A stretch of 63,996 nucleotides of DNA, counting the filler, from Fonticula-like sp. SCN 57-25 (taxonomy: Eukaryota), in the NCBI GenBank assembly GCA_001724245.1. It is 3 parts of 3 records of this genome, joined end to end, with 100 filler letters (N's around TTAATTAATTAA, not from the genome) between each part and the next. Parts side by side here need not be neighbours in the genome. Positions count along the whole stretch, not along the records: positions 17,974 to 49,488 come from MEDX01000118.1; 2 more parts are not named here. The stretch is one strand, 5' to 3'. The position numbers were made by a program, and so were the translations under genes. Of the stretch, positions 25,107 to 39,075 are shown piece after piece; position 1 is the stretch's first letter, and each line of letters starts with the position of its first letter. The notes beneath the pieces were generated by a model. It had not been told where the DNA came from and did no database searches. It saw nothing but the letters and a program-made list of their open reading frames with translations.

Positions 25107-26732
25107 TTAGGCCATCTCAAGATCCTCCTCCGCAGGGGCGCGCTTCTTGAGCTCGAGGGGCTTGCCGGCCAGGCGCTGCAGCGACATAGTGTTAGGAAAG
25201 AAACAAAAAAACAGGTTTTCCGCACCTGGTAGATGCTGCGAATGTCAGCCGTAACCGTCTGGAAGTGAGACGTGGCGTCATACGACTTGGAGATGAACAC
25301 ATTGTTGCTCGTGCCATCGTTAAGAGGCTCGTACTGGTCCGAAATGCTGACGAACTTGTCGAGGACGGGGCCAAGGAGCTGGAGAGCGGGTGCAATCTCC
25401 TCCTCCGGCTTGGCCGTCTCCACGATCGTGGACACAATAGCGATGTAGTGGTTAGCAGCGCAAACGTTCTGAGCCGCCGAGAGAACAGCGATGTAGATAT
25501 CTAGTGAAAAGAAGTAAGCCTCCCAGGTGTGCTGCGGTACAAAGATTTCATACCGTGGCTGCGCTTGAGCTGGTTCATGGGGATAATGAGCTGAAGGGAA
25601 TCGGCATTGTCGGTGTTGGGCACGGGGTGGTTGAGAATGCAGATGGCGCGGATCACCTGGCCGACCTTCTTGACAGCCTGAGGGGCGTACGAGGGGTCGC
25701 AGATGATAAGCTTGGCCTTGGCCACCTCACCGTCGGCCTTGACACCAACGGCCTTGCCGCTCTCGTCGTAGACAATCTCGTCGATCTTCTTGTCAAGCAT
25801 GTAGGTGCCTCCGTGAATGGCGGCAAGACGGGCGAAAGCCTGCGGCAGCTCGCCGAGACCGTAGCGGGGGTAGATGTAGGGCGACTTGCCGTAGCGAGCC
25901 AGCGAGTTGGTGTAGAGCACCATGGCGTCCAGCGAGTGGCGAAGCGGGAGCGCCTTGTATGAGTCATCAAGGAAGAGGCACATGGCGTGGCCGACAATGT
26001 CCTGGGTTCCAGGCTCGAGCGAGTGGTACTTGTACACCTCCGACATGGGTGTCTTGTCAATGTCCATGCCGCGGAAGGTCTTGGGGTTCTTCTCGTCGTA
26101 CTGGTGGATGAACTCGAAAAAGTTCTTGGCACGGCGCTTCTCAAAGAGACCCATAAGAGGCGAGGTCAGGGCCTCCGTCTCGGTGGCAGGCACCTTGGCC
26201 ACGCGGCCATCACGGTAAACATAGCTGCCGCCAATCTGCTTGAACTCGAGGTAGCGGACAACATCGGTGTGAACGAGAATGTTGACGAGGTCCTCGCAGG
26301 CCATCATAAACTTGGGCACAATATCAATGTTGTAGTCGCGGTCGCGGCCGAGCTTCTCGTTCGGGGCGGCACCGTTCTTGAACTTGCGGAAGAGGCGCGT
26401 CAGGTCAAGCGAGGCGCAATCACCACCGTAGTAGTCGTTGCGGTCCATGTGGAGCACCTTCTTGCCCTCAACGGACAAGAGGCCCGACAGAACGCACTCG
26501 GTCAGGCCAGTGCCAAGCACAATAACGTCATACTCCTCATCCTAGCAAAGAGATCGACTCGTTAGCACGGTCGGTGGCAAATCGAGGGCAAAAGGCCCAA
26601 ATCGCAAATGGAAAGCAGCAGTAGCGAAATCGTTCCCCTCCCAAAAGGCAACCCCAGTTAATAAAAAACAACACCCACAGCAGCAAGGCAAGACCGTCCG
26701 AAAAGAATAAAGAGCCCGACATTGCGTACCAT
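25107..26732 (-). CDS. GDI1: Rab GDP-dissociation inhibitor (first coding exon is ATG only)
   Basis: M|DEEYDVIVLGTGLTECVLSGLLSVEGKKVLHMDRNDYYGG, GKSPYIYPRYGLGELPQAFARL. Confidence 0.97.
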
Positions 26733-27009
26733 TGCGTCGGCAGCGGTAGCTAGTTGTGACGAACAACAAAACAAGCGTTCGCAAAAAAGTCGTCCTTGTC
26801 AATAAAAATGAAGTCAGGTGAGGTGGTTCTCATCCCCCTGAAGATGTCCATGGGGTGGAAAACTTGGCCACTCTGAAATAACGCGGGAAACAGTGAAGCG
26901 GGGTGACTATTTTCATCCCCATCGATTGCTGGCTGGGTTCACAGCGGCAACTGGTCAGGGCACAGCACCAGCGCAGCGGGACCCAGCGTCGCGCTCACCC
27001 GTTGGTGCG

Positions 27010-30000
27010 ATGGGCCAGACGTTAAGCACGAGTGATCTTGTGGAGCATGTGAGAACAGATCTCGGACTAGAGTCGTCATGCGAAGTGTTTCCGTTGTTTT
27101 CGTCGTCGTCTGACGGAGGCACTTTTGCGGCCGTGGAGGTTTTTGCCCGTGATATTTCGAGTCCCGTGCTGCGCGCGGCCTTGCAACGCGTGGCCGCGCT
27201 CTCCGCAAACGGGTCGCCATCGTCAGCTTCAACGGCTCCCCAGCCTGATTCGCAGGTTCTCCGGTTCTCTGTGCAGGTCCTCTCTCGCTCCGGCCATGCA
27301 TTCGAATCGAGCGCCGCGTACGAGAGCGTGAGCGAACAGATGGTGCAGAGTGCGGACGGTGATGCCGGCAGCTCCCAGCTTGATGCCTATGTTGATGAGC
27401 TGCGCGAAATGTACGGTGGGTGGCACGCGAGGCAGCTCAACTTGCTTCCCTCGCGCGCACCCTCTCAGAACCGCACCTGGATCAGGAAGCAGCTGGCCAG
27501 CAAGCAAGACGTTGTCGCCACATGTGTAACCGCATTGTTTCCAAATGTGAAGCGCCTAAAAAGCACGCCTCGCGACAAAATGCTTCCGCTTATTGCGGAG
27601 CTGCCGTCTCGGGTGTCCCCGCTAAGCGGAGGACAGCACGCAGCATCGTTGCTCTCGGTGGACATCCTGCTCGAGTCGCCAAGAGCATTTTTCCTTATTT
27701 CGCCCTACTTTCCGCTGTCCGTCGACGACTTGATCACGTACAACTTGGGAGGCTTAAATACGTCGTCGACGTATAAACTCTTTTTGCTTTACCAGGCTCT
27801 GAAGGGCCTGGAGGCTGCCCACCGCAATGGCGTGACGCACGGGAGAATCACCGCTCAGCACCTGTTGGTGGACGATAGATTGTGGGTTAGGTTATGCGGT
27901 CTGCGGTCTATTGCGCCTGGCGACCGGCATGTTGGTACGCCTTGGCCCCTCTGAATTCGCTTCCTTATGCTTTGACCCAGCCACACGGCGCGCCCCTCTC
28001 CTGCTGTACCGCGAGCCGCGCGTTTCGCTCACTGAACTGTGGATCAACGGTGACGTTTCCAATTTTCATTATTTAATGGCAATCAACCGTGCAGCCGGGC
28101 GACGCGAGGGCGATTCAAACTTTCACCCTGCACTGCCGTGGGTGATTGATTTCGCTGCCTCTGCCTCTGCATCAGGTGCAGACGGCGGGGAAATCATATT
28201 CCGCGATCTTTCAAAGTCAAAGTTCCGCTTGAACAAAGGTATGAAGCGCAGCGTTTTTGCGAGTTTTTCTGACCCGACCTTTTTATTTGCCAGGCGACGA
28301 GCAGCTTGATATTACCTACTCCACTGGCCCTCATCCGCATCACATCATTGACATTTTGACCGACATTACGTATTACGTATACATGGCACGGCGGACGCCG
28401 GTGGCCGTATTGACGCGCCATGTCCGGGCAAAGTACGAGCCGCACGAGTACCCCTCCTCAATCGCGCGAATGTATCAGTGGTCGCCGGACGAATGCATTC
28501 CGGCCTTTTTCACCGACCCGACGGTGTTTTGCTCCATTCACAGTGACATGCCTGATCTTCAGCTTCCGCGCTGGGCATCCTCGCCGCAGGACTTTGTGCA
28601 GAAGCATATGGAGGCCCTGGAGAGCGACGTTGTTTCGCACCGCTTGCACCACTGGATTGACCTAACCTTTGGCTGCAAACTGACGGGTCGCGCGGCAGTG
28701 GACGCAAAGAACGTGCCGCTCTCGCCTGCACAGACGGGTCGAGTTGGCGAGCCGCTTCGTCGCGGGCTGGTCCAGCTCTTTCGCTCTCCTCACCCATCTC
28801 GCTCGGCATATTCCCACGGCAACGTGAGGAGCGGGAGCATTTCTATGGGGTTGCCACGCGGCAAGCCCGCACCTGAAGAGGATGAGGTGAAGAGCGCTGG
28901 GCCTGCCGCCGTGTCGTCGTCCTCTGGTGCTCTGTTCGTTGACAAAATGACAAATCTCTTGCTTTTGCCGCTCCCTGACGAGATGCGCCGTGTGCTCTCT
29001 GATCAGCGTGGTTCACCGCCGCCTGCTGGTGGCGCTGCTGCTGGAGGGCTGGTTCGCCGCACCACCAACCCGTCTCCCTCCGCCTCGCCTTCCTCCTCTT
29101 CCCTGGCGTCAGCCAGCGCGCAGCGCAAGTTTAGCGGAGACCCTCGCGTTAATTTGCGTTTGCCGTCCGCGTCCCTGTCTCCGATGCGGCAGGTGACGAG
29201 CAGCATCAATGACGATGATGAGGGTCTCCCAACCCCCGTCTCGTCCGTTGAATCTGCAAACGTCCCGGCCGAATCGTTTGCGCCGAATCAAGGGGACAGT
29301 TTGGCCGACTCGCTGACGACGGCCTTTGCCCATGTGTCCATGCCGCCTGCTGATGTGTCCCAGACGGTAACGCTGCCGCTTTCAGTCACACCCGAGAGTC
29401 TCATTTGCAAGGTGGAGCACTTTGAAGAGACGGCTGCCTTTTCCCGGGCTTTTTCTGTGCTTGACGCTCGGGCCACAACAGGGACTGCCCCATCGCTTCC
29501 ATCTCTCCGCGCTTTCATGTCGAAGCGGCAAGCAGTGGCGTCGCTTTCTGCGGCCAAGGCATCGTCCAACCAGGCGGCATCGGCGCTTTTGGACGAGGCG
29601 TTGCAGCGAACGAATGAACGGCGCAATGAATGGTCGTTTGAGGAGCGCGTTGCGAGTGACGTACGAGATGTCCTAAGCATTGCGCTGCGCCTTTTCCAGC
29701 GGGACGCGACCACCGGCTCTCCCACTTCTATGGCCGACGTACCATCTCGCTTGGCAGCCACGTGCTTACGAGCGTCGCTTCCTAAAGAGAATCTAGCCCA
29801 CTGGACTGCTACTGCCATGTTGGCGCCCGAGGCGGGCCTCGGATTCCCTTCACATTTCGGTTGGATGTACGAGTTCCTGGCCAAGTTTCAGATGAGCGAC
29901 TGGAAGGAGAGGCTCGCCTTTGCCGACACGTACATTACCGAAATCTGCGAGCTTCCAGATCCTAGCTTCCACTTGATGCTCGCCCACCTCGCGCAGCTCT

Positions 30001-32771
30001 TTCACGAGCCGAGTATTCGCTGCCAGTCTCTTGTGCTTTTTGACAGGCTGTGCAGTCGTCTGGGTGTGGTGCGTTCTCAGGAGCTGTTCAAGAAGCCAGT
30101 CCAGGCAATGTTTGAGACATATGACGCCGACACTTATGCGCACCTGCTGCGTCCGCAAATCCTGGACAGCTTCCTGCTGCGCTTTGGCGTTCGTTTTGGC
30201 CTCAAGCAGCTGCTCCCCTTTATTTTGGACTGTCTTACCATGAAGGAGCCCCCGACTACAACGGCGCCCGTCAACGTCGCGTCCTTTGCGGCAACCGGAT
30301 CGTCGCCATTTGCCATGTTTGGCAACATTTGGCGCGAGTCGGAGACAACCGATTATGACGCGGCTAGCGACGTCGAGGCGACGAGCATTTCGCACTTATG
30401 CTCCATGGCGCTCACCTCGATTGCGACGCTCATTGGCCCCGTCCTGTGCGTGCGATACATTACGCCTGCGCTGCTGCGCAAGCAGATTGGCGAGAATGCA
30501 TCGTCTCAACAATTGCATCACACGCTTGTTGCTATCGGGGGTCTCTTTGGGGACGTCTTTATCACGTCGCACATCATGCCCTTCCTTATCAACGCAGTCG
30601 AGGGCCACGTGAAAAAGCCGACCGGGCGCACGCCTCTCATTGTCGCCACCATCCTTTCTGTTCTTCAGCGCTTTGCAGTGCAGCTGCCGGCCGAAGCTGT
30701 TATTGGGCTGCTCGCTGGTCAGCTGGGAGAGGTGCTTCACACGCTCATGCAGACTCTGCCGCTTTCAGACAAGTTGAGTGTGGAGGAACGGCGCGGCATT
30801 TTGAAGAATACGCTTTCTCTTCTCGTTTACATCTCTCATGCAATCCCGCGGGCGGACTGGGAGGCCCACATTTTGCCCATGCTACAGTCGTACTTTGCGA
30901 GCTACGACCACATCCATGCGGCGGCCGTCGGCGCCAAGCAGCCGCTAACCGTGTTTACCGGCACGCCGGCCAGGGTACGCGACGATGATGCCCGCGTTCC
31001 AATTATTAACTATTGCCGCGTAGGCTATTTATTCGCCGGTGCTGGCGTCTTACGCATACTCGCAGTTTTGCCTTTTGATTGGACAGGAGAGCATGCGTCG
31101 CTACGTCCCCAACAAGTGCGTTTTTCTTTTATATTTGTTCCTTGCTCACGCGCATGATTCCCAGCGAGCTCATTGAAAAGATTATGTATGACCACATTGA
31201 TGGGGAAGCAAATGCGGCGGCGGCGACGGGTGCGCCCGAGTTGGACCAAGAGGTGCCGGAGGAGGTTGATTGGTCAGTCCCGCCGGATGCTTCCGTGCTT
31301 GCATTGCATGATGAGGTTATTCCGGTCGCCGAGCCTGCGATGCTTCCGTCGGCGCTCTCTATTGCGCCGTCAGCCGTGGACTCTCTGGAGACCGGAGAAA
31401 CCGTGTTCATGCAATCGTGGTTTGTATCGCCGGACGAGCAGCTTGACGACGCCGCGCGTGCTCGCAGCAGCAGTGCCAAGGGCTCCCCGGCGCGTACTTC
31501 GATGTCGTCTGGATCCTCATCGACTGCTACGCCGGCGTCTTCCGCGTCGTCGACGTCCTTTTGGCGGTCCAAGAGCGCCGCTGTTGCCGCCGCTGCCGCT
31601 ACTGCAGCGATGGCAGAGCATCGAAACTGGCGCGAATATTTTCAGATGCAGTTGCGTCACAAGCAAAAGACGTCGCACTACTCTTTCAACGAGCATCGTA
31701 TCCACTCGTACCACGGGCACACGGGGGGCGTCCGGCAGCTGGACGCGGCATTGTGCGAGCGTGTGGGATTGAGCGGCGGGCGCGACCGCACCATAAAGAT
31801 CTGGAGCTTGGACGCGCATGGGCACGGCCTTCATCCGCAGCAGCTGCAGCAGACGCAGGTCCTTCAAGCGCAGTATCGCATGCAGGGCGGCGGTTGCCTG
31901 CGCACGTACAATGGTCACCGCAAGAACATTACGGACGCCTTTTTCTTTGCCGATGCGACGCAAGTCGTCTCCAGCGATGGTAATATCCATTATTGGGAAA
32001 CGGAGAGCGGTCACGTGTTACAGCAGTTTGAAGCCCCGAAAGGGTTCACGTACTCGAGCGTGGTCGCGGCCGAGCACTCCAAGACTCTTGTGGCTGCCTC
32101 GCAGCAGCTTTACGTGCAGTACGCCAGATTCGATACAAAATTTGAATGATCGACTAATGTTGTGCTTCTCTAGGCTCTTTGACTTGCGCCAGCGCAGCTT
32201 GCGTCACACGCTTCGCACATCTGTCGGGATCCCCAACGGGGCGATCCGCTCCCTCGCGCTGCCGCCGCCGTCGTCATCGTCTGCTAGCTCTCCCTCGGGC
32301 GCGGGTCAGAACCAGCACCAGCTTGCCGTCGGCCTATCGGCGGGCCACCTATCCACCATCGACCTCCGCACTGGCGCTGTGCTAGGGCAGTGGCGCGTGC
32401 CCCAGACCACCGCCGACGTATCGCATCTGAGCTACCTGCCCGACGGGCGCCTGCTCGCCATTGCGGGTGACACGCTGAGCGTGGCTGATCCTAAGCGCCA
32501 CAGCGCGGAATCGCTGCTCAAGGCCGGCGGCGAAATCGTTGCCTTTTGTACATACAAGAGCATGGTTATCGCCGTGGATGCGAGCAATGCGCTGCACATC
32601 ACGACCGTGCCTTCGGCGGCCAACCAGCCTGAAAAGGCGAAGGTAACGACCGTCAAGCTCAAGAGCACCGCCGCCGGGATCAAGAGTAACGTTACCGCCC
32701 TTCAGTTCCTCCCTCTGAACCGCCTTGTTTGGTTTGGCTGCGACGACGGCCAGGTCCTTTTGTATCATTAA
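27010..32771 (+). CDS. WDR81: WDR81-like protein (kinase-like, BEACH and WD40 domains; 5 introns)
   Basis: MGQTLS myristoylation-type start; [67 protein letters not shown]-terminal WD40. Confidence 0.9.
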
Positions 32772-32962
32772 GCCTTTTTTTGTATATTTGTGCAATCTCA
32801 GTGAGATATCCGATGACGGTAATGAGTACGATTACGCGGGGAGGGCATCAGAGGGTGTGTGAACAGCACAAATGGGATATTAAAAAGTCAAATAGCAAGG
32901 GAGAAGATACAATATTCCATAGGTTTAATTTTTGTTTGTTGTGTGTGGATGTACATCATAGT

Positions 32963-34526
32963 CTACTTTGAGCCGCCGAACCAGCCGCCAAACCACCCCG
33001 AGGGGGCGGTCTCTTGACCAGCGTCGGCACCCTTCTTCGCCTCCATCTCTGCAAGCTCCTTCTCGGCCTGAGCGCGTGCCGCCGCCTCAGCCTCGCGCTT
33101 CTGCTGCTCCTGGAACTGCTGATGAGCCTGCGCCTGCTGGTCCGCGAGGCTCACCTCCTGCGCGTTGCCGCCAAAGAGGCTCCCGAGCGTAGTACGGCCC
33201 TTGCTACCCGCAGATGCGCGCTGCTGCTGCTCGAGCTGCTGCTTCTGCATTGCGTAGCGCCGCTGGTTCTCTGCAAACGCCTCCACGACATCCATGCCGG
33301 CATACTGCTGAAGGATGGGGCGCACGTCATTGGTGCCCGTCCGTGCAAGCGCTGGTAGTGCCGTGTGAGCGACTCACGCATTCAATACCGAGAAAGCCAG
33401 CGTACTCTCAAGGAAAGGAATTAGCTGCATAAGCCAGTCGTCGTACTGGTCGTCGGTCCACTTTTTGGCAACGATGAGGTTCTCGGGCTGCTTGCGGAGC
33501 ACCGCGGCGTCATCCTCGACGACGACAACACGGCCGAGATCGCGGTTCAGGCGAGACAAATCCTAAACAAACGAAAAATTGTGAGCCAAATTGAAAATTA
33601 ACAAACCACACAAACCAAACACCACAGCAACAGTCTTGCCTAGCACGATGAAATATATCGCACCTTGATGTGAGCGCCGTCCTCATACTGCGTGGACTCT
33701 TTGTAGAGCCGATACATGACATACCCCTGCGGGTCAAGCTTTGAAATAATGGGCTCCGCATAAAAGGGCGCCTGCTGCGAAAAGATCACAATTTCATAAA
33801 AGTTGCTGAGGTACGCGAGGAAGTAGTCGACGCCAGGGCGCCTGCGAATCACCCACCCTTGATCGCGCTGTTGCACCGGCACGTTAGAACTAACAATTAA
33901 AGCAGTTGTCACGTACGCTCCACTCGGAATGCACAAGGGTTTCGTCAAGGTCAAGAACGAGCGTGTACGGGCGCTGGTACGGCGCGGGCAAAAGGTCTGG
34001 CAGCAGCTTGTCGCTGATGGGGTTGTTGAAAAACTGCACAAAGGTTAGACACGCAGACGACTAGGCATACTACATACGTTGAAAAGAAGACTAACGCGGG
34101 ACGAGAGGCGGTGCCACATGGCGCCGATGCCGTTGTCGTCCTGCTTGAGGTCAATGCCGTGGTCCTTGCTGCGGACCACATTATCCACCGCCGAGTGCGG
34201 GCGAGCTGGGGACACGCTCGTTAGCAACTCCTGGCAGCAGTGGCAAGGAAGCATAAAGACGTACCAAGCTCAAAGAGAGCAGAACCAATAGCCACACCAG
34301 CCGCAGCGTAGCCGATGCGGATCATCCAGGGACTCTGCGCCTTCTCGTGGCTGCTGCCATCGGGGCGGCGGGCCTTGGCGCCGGTCACCTGGGGAATTTC
34401 AACCTTGGGGACGCCGGCGGCGGAGGACGCCGGAGCGGGAGTCGGTGGCAAAGGAGGCTTGGCAGAGAAGCTGCGCGTGACGGGTGCGCCACGGACACCC
34501 AGGCGACTTAGCCGCGCTGCCCACAT
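32963..34526 (-). CDS. TIM50: Mitochondrial import translocase Tim50 (5 introns)
   Basis: Presequence [58 protein letters not shown]. Confidence 0.95.
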
Positions 34527-34707
34527 CTTTTCGCGATCTGGTGGGCGACGATGGCTCACGTGCAGATTTCAAAAATTGGAGGGAATTGAGAATCAACGGT
34601 TCATTCGTAGAGAAAATAGCGCGGATCTTTGTGTTAATCTAAACACTTTAACACTAAACACTTGACACTTCATTGCATCGAGGCAGGAACGGGAGACGTT
34701 TGTCACA

Positions 34708-35363
34708 ATGGCGGCGGCTCAGGTGCTCCCTTTCAATGATTATGTGGGCAAGAATGTAAACGTGGAGCTGCGCGGCGTGTCCTCCGCCGTGAATGGGACG
34801 GTTTTGGCTCACGATGCCGAGTCGAACGTCCTGTTGGTAGAGGAGCAGCTTCAGCCCGACACCAAGCTGCCAGAGCACCTTCGCGGTGAAAAGGCCAACT
34901 ACCATCTTATCTTGACGCAGAATATTGCCAACATTTCCAGTGTGGGAGATGGAAACCCGGCTTTCCTCAAGTTGGGTACAGTGAACATGGAGCGCATCCG
35001 TAACGCTGAGGCGAAGCGGCTCGCTGAACATGCCGAGATGCTCTCTCGCCGTGGCGTTGGCGTCTCGGAGGACGCCCAAAATATTTTTGACGCGCTTGCC
35101 AAAACGTACTGTCAAATTTGCGTTCTTTGAGATATCTAACTTGGCCATGCGTTTGTAGAATGAAGTGCTCGTGGCAAGGAAAGAATATGGTTGTTATGGA
35201 CGTTCTTATCCAGCCTCCTTACACACCCGAGGCTTGCTCTGGAGGCGCCCCTCGTACCCTTGAGCGCATTAAGACAGTGGTACGTTTGGTGCTAGATTTG
35301 CATGTCGATCTAACCCTTTTTTGCTTTCAGTTGCAACTCGAGCGTCAGAAGTTGGGTCTCTGA
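34708..35363 (+). CDS. LSM12: Lsm12 (Sm fold plus anticodon-binding domain; 2 introns)
   Basis: [39 protein letters not shown]. Confidence 0.9.
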
Positions 35364-35926
35364 TACCCAATGATGCAGCCTACTTGTATTCTAATGTAAT
35401 TGATGCACCCACTTTGTTTGGTTTTAAAGAAAACGCCGGCTCGCTTGGGTTCCCAGCGTGAGGTTTGCGCGAGAGGCACCTATCACTGACCATAGTATAA
35501 AAGAAACCCAGGAATATCTCGTCTAATTTTCGCGCATTTCAACGGTATTACGTAGGATACGTATACATTCGGACATTCCGGCTATTTGACACATTATTAT
35601 AATACCCGCCGCCTGATTGAAATCAGAAAATCAGTTGGAATCAGTTCCGAAACATCGCATTTTCGCCATCCAATAAATTGGCACGAAGGTGGATTGCGAG
35701 CTATGGATTGGCTGCAGAGTCACGTTCCTCGACGATGATTGGTTCACGATTACAAATACGGTCTTGTGTCCGAGCTTCATAATTAGTGACAATTTTATGA
35801 TGGAGTAATATGGCTTGCGCGAGTGCGTTGTTTGTGGAGCTATCAAATTCTTTCCGACTGTTTGTTTCCTCCAACTTGGTGACAGACTCACATTCGAGCA
35901 CATCCGCCGCAACACATACAGCAGCC

Positions 35927-36746
35927 ATGGTACGTCTGGGGGCCGTTTGGGAGCGTATCGCTGGTGCTAGTGGGATGATCGCTGTCTGGGGATACGGATG
36001 CACCCCGAACACCGCTTGCCGCATCTGGATGCGGCGTCGGATGGTGACATTGCAGCCTCGGATGCAGGCATCTCTGCGGTGTTTGTTTTGAAAATGTCCA
36101 AGAGGCTTTTTGTTCTTTTGGTTTCTGTAGACAACTGGTTGGTGCCATTTTGTGTGTTGTGGTATTTACCTTCTCTTTCTCTCTCTATGCACTCTCTGGC
36201 TCTTTGCCGTTGAGTCTCTCACCCGAGATACATGGTTATTGACGTCGGTTGCCTTTCACAGTCGTCCGGTATTGTCGTGAACGACGAGGTCATCCAGCGC
36301 TACAATGAGCTTAAGACTGGCCGCAAGTACAAGTACGTGTTTTTCAAGATGAACGACGATCTCACCGAGATCGTCGTCGAGAAGACCGGCCCCGAGCATG
36401 CCACCTACGAGGAGTTCATCAACGAGCTGAAGGCCGTCGCCATTGACGATTGCCGTTATGCCGTTTTCGACTTCGAGTGGGACACCTCGGACGGTGGCAA
36501 GCGCCAGAAGATCTGCTTCTACGCCTGGTACGTTTGCGTTCATGCTTTGGGTATTTTTTGCTCATTCCCCTTTGCAGGTGCCCGGATACCGCCAAGCTTA
36601 AGAAGAAGATGGTCTACGCCGCCTCGAAGGACAACCTCCGCAAGAAGCTCGTCGGTCTCGGTGCTGAGATCCAGGGCACTGACCTCAGCGAGGTCTCGTA
36701 CGAGACTGTCCTCGACAAGGTCTCGAAGGGCGCTGGCAACCAGTAA
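35927..36746 (+). CDS. COF1: Cofilin/ADF (ATG-only first coding exon, 332-nt intron 1)
   Basis: [51 protein letters not shown]. Confidence 0.95.
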
Positions 36747-37109
36747 AAACTTCTGTCTCTCTTGAATATAGGCGTGAGTTTGTGTTTTTTGTGTCTCCGT
36801 TTTGTTGTTAATGAAGGCACACCATAAAATTCCCTGCCCCAAAGTTGAACCGCGTCACTTGCACGCACGTAGCCTGTCCGCCCAATAATTGTCCACCTTG
36901 CATCACTCACGCGTTTAGTGGTACATGTCAGCACTTTTAGCTCGGTGATCCAAAGAAACTGTTGTCCCTTTGCGTGTATGTTTCGTTGTGCAACCGTATC
37001 AGTACTCTCACGGAAGCCTGCATACGTCTGTCACGGCTAGCGGCTTCATAGTTGATGATGCTGATGCGTAAGCCACGGATCAGACAAATCAGGCAAATCA
37101 GAAGCCATC

Positions 37110-38989
37110 ATGGCGGCCCTGTCAGCTTTCAGAGCTGCGGTGTCGCGTGTAGTATGCCGCGCGGCAGGCCTCCCCGAGCGCGCGCTTATTCATTGGGTGG
37201 AGCGCCCTCGTGTTGCCTCTCATGGTGACTTTGCTGTCCCTTTTGCGCGCATTCTCGAGGCAGCCAAGGAAGCTGGCGCCCCTCGTCCGCCGCCTCCTTC
37301 GGCCATCGCCAAGGGTGTTGTTCCGGACGACTACATTGCGCGCGCAGAGGATGGCGGCGGCTTTGTCAACCTGCATGTGGACCGCGGCCGCTTTATCCAA
37401 GACGTTCTAAAGGACGCGCTCTCGCGCCAGGAGCTTTTCGGCCATGTCGATGATGGTGCGCTAGCCCACGTGGCCTATGCCCTCGCTGATCGCCGTGGTT
37501 CTGCCGTGTAGTGAAGGATGATCTTGTCATTGTGGAGTTTAGCTCGCCGAATATGGCCAAGCCGTTTCACGCGGGTCATTTGCGGTCGACGATCTTGGGC
37601 AACATTTTGAGTAATCTGTTCAAGGCGCGCGGTCATCAGGTGCTAAATGTCAACTATCTCGGCGACTGGGGCACGCAATACGGGCTGTTGTCGCTCGGCT
37701 TTCAAAAGTATGGCGACGAAGCTCTTTTTGAAAAGGATCCGATTCGCCACTTGTATGATGTGTACGTGCGCATCAACGCGGACGCGTCGCAGGATGACGC
37801 ACTCCGTACCGAGGCCCGCGCCGCATTTGCGCGCCTCGAGCAAGGGGAGCAGGTTGAAACGGCCCTGTGGCAGCGCTTTCGCGATCTCAGCCTCCGCGAG
37901 TACGACCGGCTTTACTCGATGCTGGGCGTCTCTTTTGACGTTCACGACGGCGAGTCATTCGCGCGAAAGACGGCCCCCAAGGTGGTGAAGGACCTCCTTG
38001 ACAGCGGCATTGCTAGCGAGCAAAACGGTGCCGTCATCGCCGACCTTTCAGATAAAAAGCTGGGCGTTGTTGTTTTGGAGAAGAAGGATGGCGCGTCCAT
38101 CTACTCGTCGCGGGATCTTGGTACGGCGCCATCAAGTGATTGGCCTTTGCTAACAGCTCGCGACAGCGGCGGCAACCTCTCGGATGGAAAAGTACAAGTT
38201 TAATCGGATGGTGTACGTGGCAGGGGCAGAGCAGCAGCTCCACTTTCAGCAGGTGTTTGAGCTGCTGCGCCGCATGGGGCACTCATGGGCGGACACTTGC
38301 TCACACGTGTCATTTGGCCTTGTTCGAGGCATGTCGTCGCGTGACGGTGCGCACTTTGCCACGACCAAGTCTTTATGCTGACATTGCTTGGCACAGGCAC
38401 GGCTGTTTTCCTTGAGAATATTTTGGATCGCGCGGCTGCGAGCATGCGCTCTGTGATTGACGAGAACCCGGACAAGTACGAGGACGTCTCTGACGAGGAG
38501 CGCGACCACATGGCGCGCCAGCTCGGCCTCGCGGCGGTCGTCGTGCAGGACCTTTCTGCGCGCCGGATCAAGGACTATACCTTTGACTGGGCGCGAATGA
38601 CGGACGCGCGGGGCGACACGGGCGTCTACCTGCAGTACGCCCACGCGCGGTTGATGGGTATCCAGCGCTCGTTTGGCCGCCCGCTGCCGCATGTCGATTC
38701 CGTGGACCTCTCCTCGCTGGCGCGGAGCGAGGACGCGTTCCGCCTGGCGGTGCAGGTGTCACTGTTCCCAGAGGTCGTCGAGACTGCCCTGGAGAGGACC
38801 GAGCCGTCCATGCTCGTGCACTATTTGTTTGACCTCGGCCACGCCATGTCGTCGGCAAACGCGGTGCTCAGAGTAAAGGACCAGGCACCCGCTGTGGCCG
38901 AGCCGCGTATGATGCTCTTTGCGGCCGCAAGGATAGCGCTCGCGAACGGCCTAAAGTTGCTTGGCCTCGTGCCTCTCGACCGCGTGTAA
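37110..38989 (+). CDS. RARS2: Arginyl-tRNA synthetase, probably mitochondrial (3 introns)
   Basis: VEFSSPNMAKPFHAGHLRSTILG, NYLGDWGTQYG, GMSSRDG, GDTGVYLQYAHARL; presequence-like N-terminus. Confidence 0.9.
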
Positions 38990-39075
38990 TTTCGTGTACA
39001 TAGTGACCCTGTCTTGGTAGCAATGACAAATTAATTTACATAATACAATAATAATCAACAGACATAAAACATATC

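Noticed and set aside
25504-26565. Long antisense and alternate-frame ORFs over GDI1, kexin, DDHD, La and others
   Set aside because: These are shadow ORFs expected from high GC3 codon bias, with no independent motifs.
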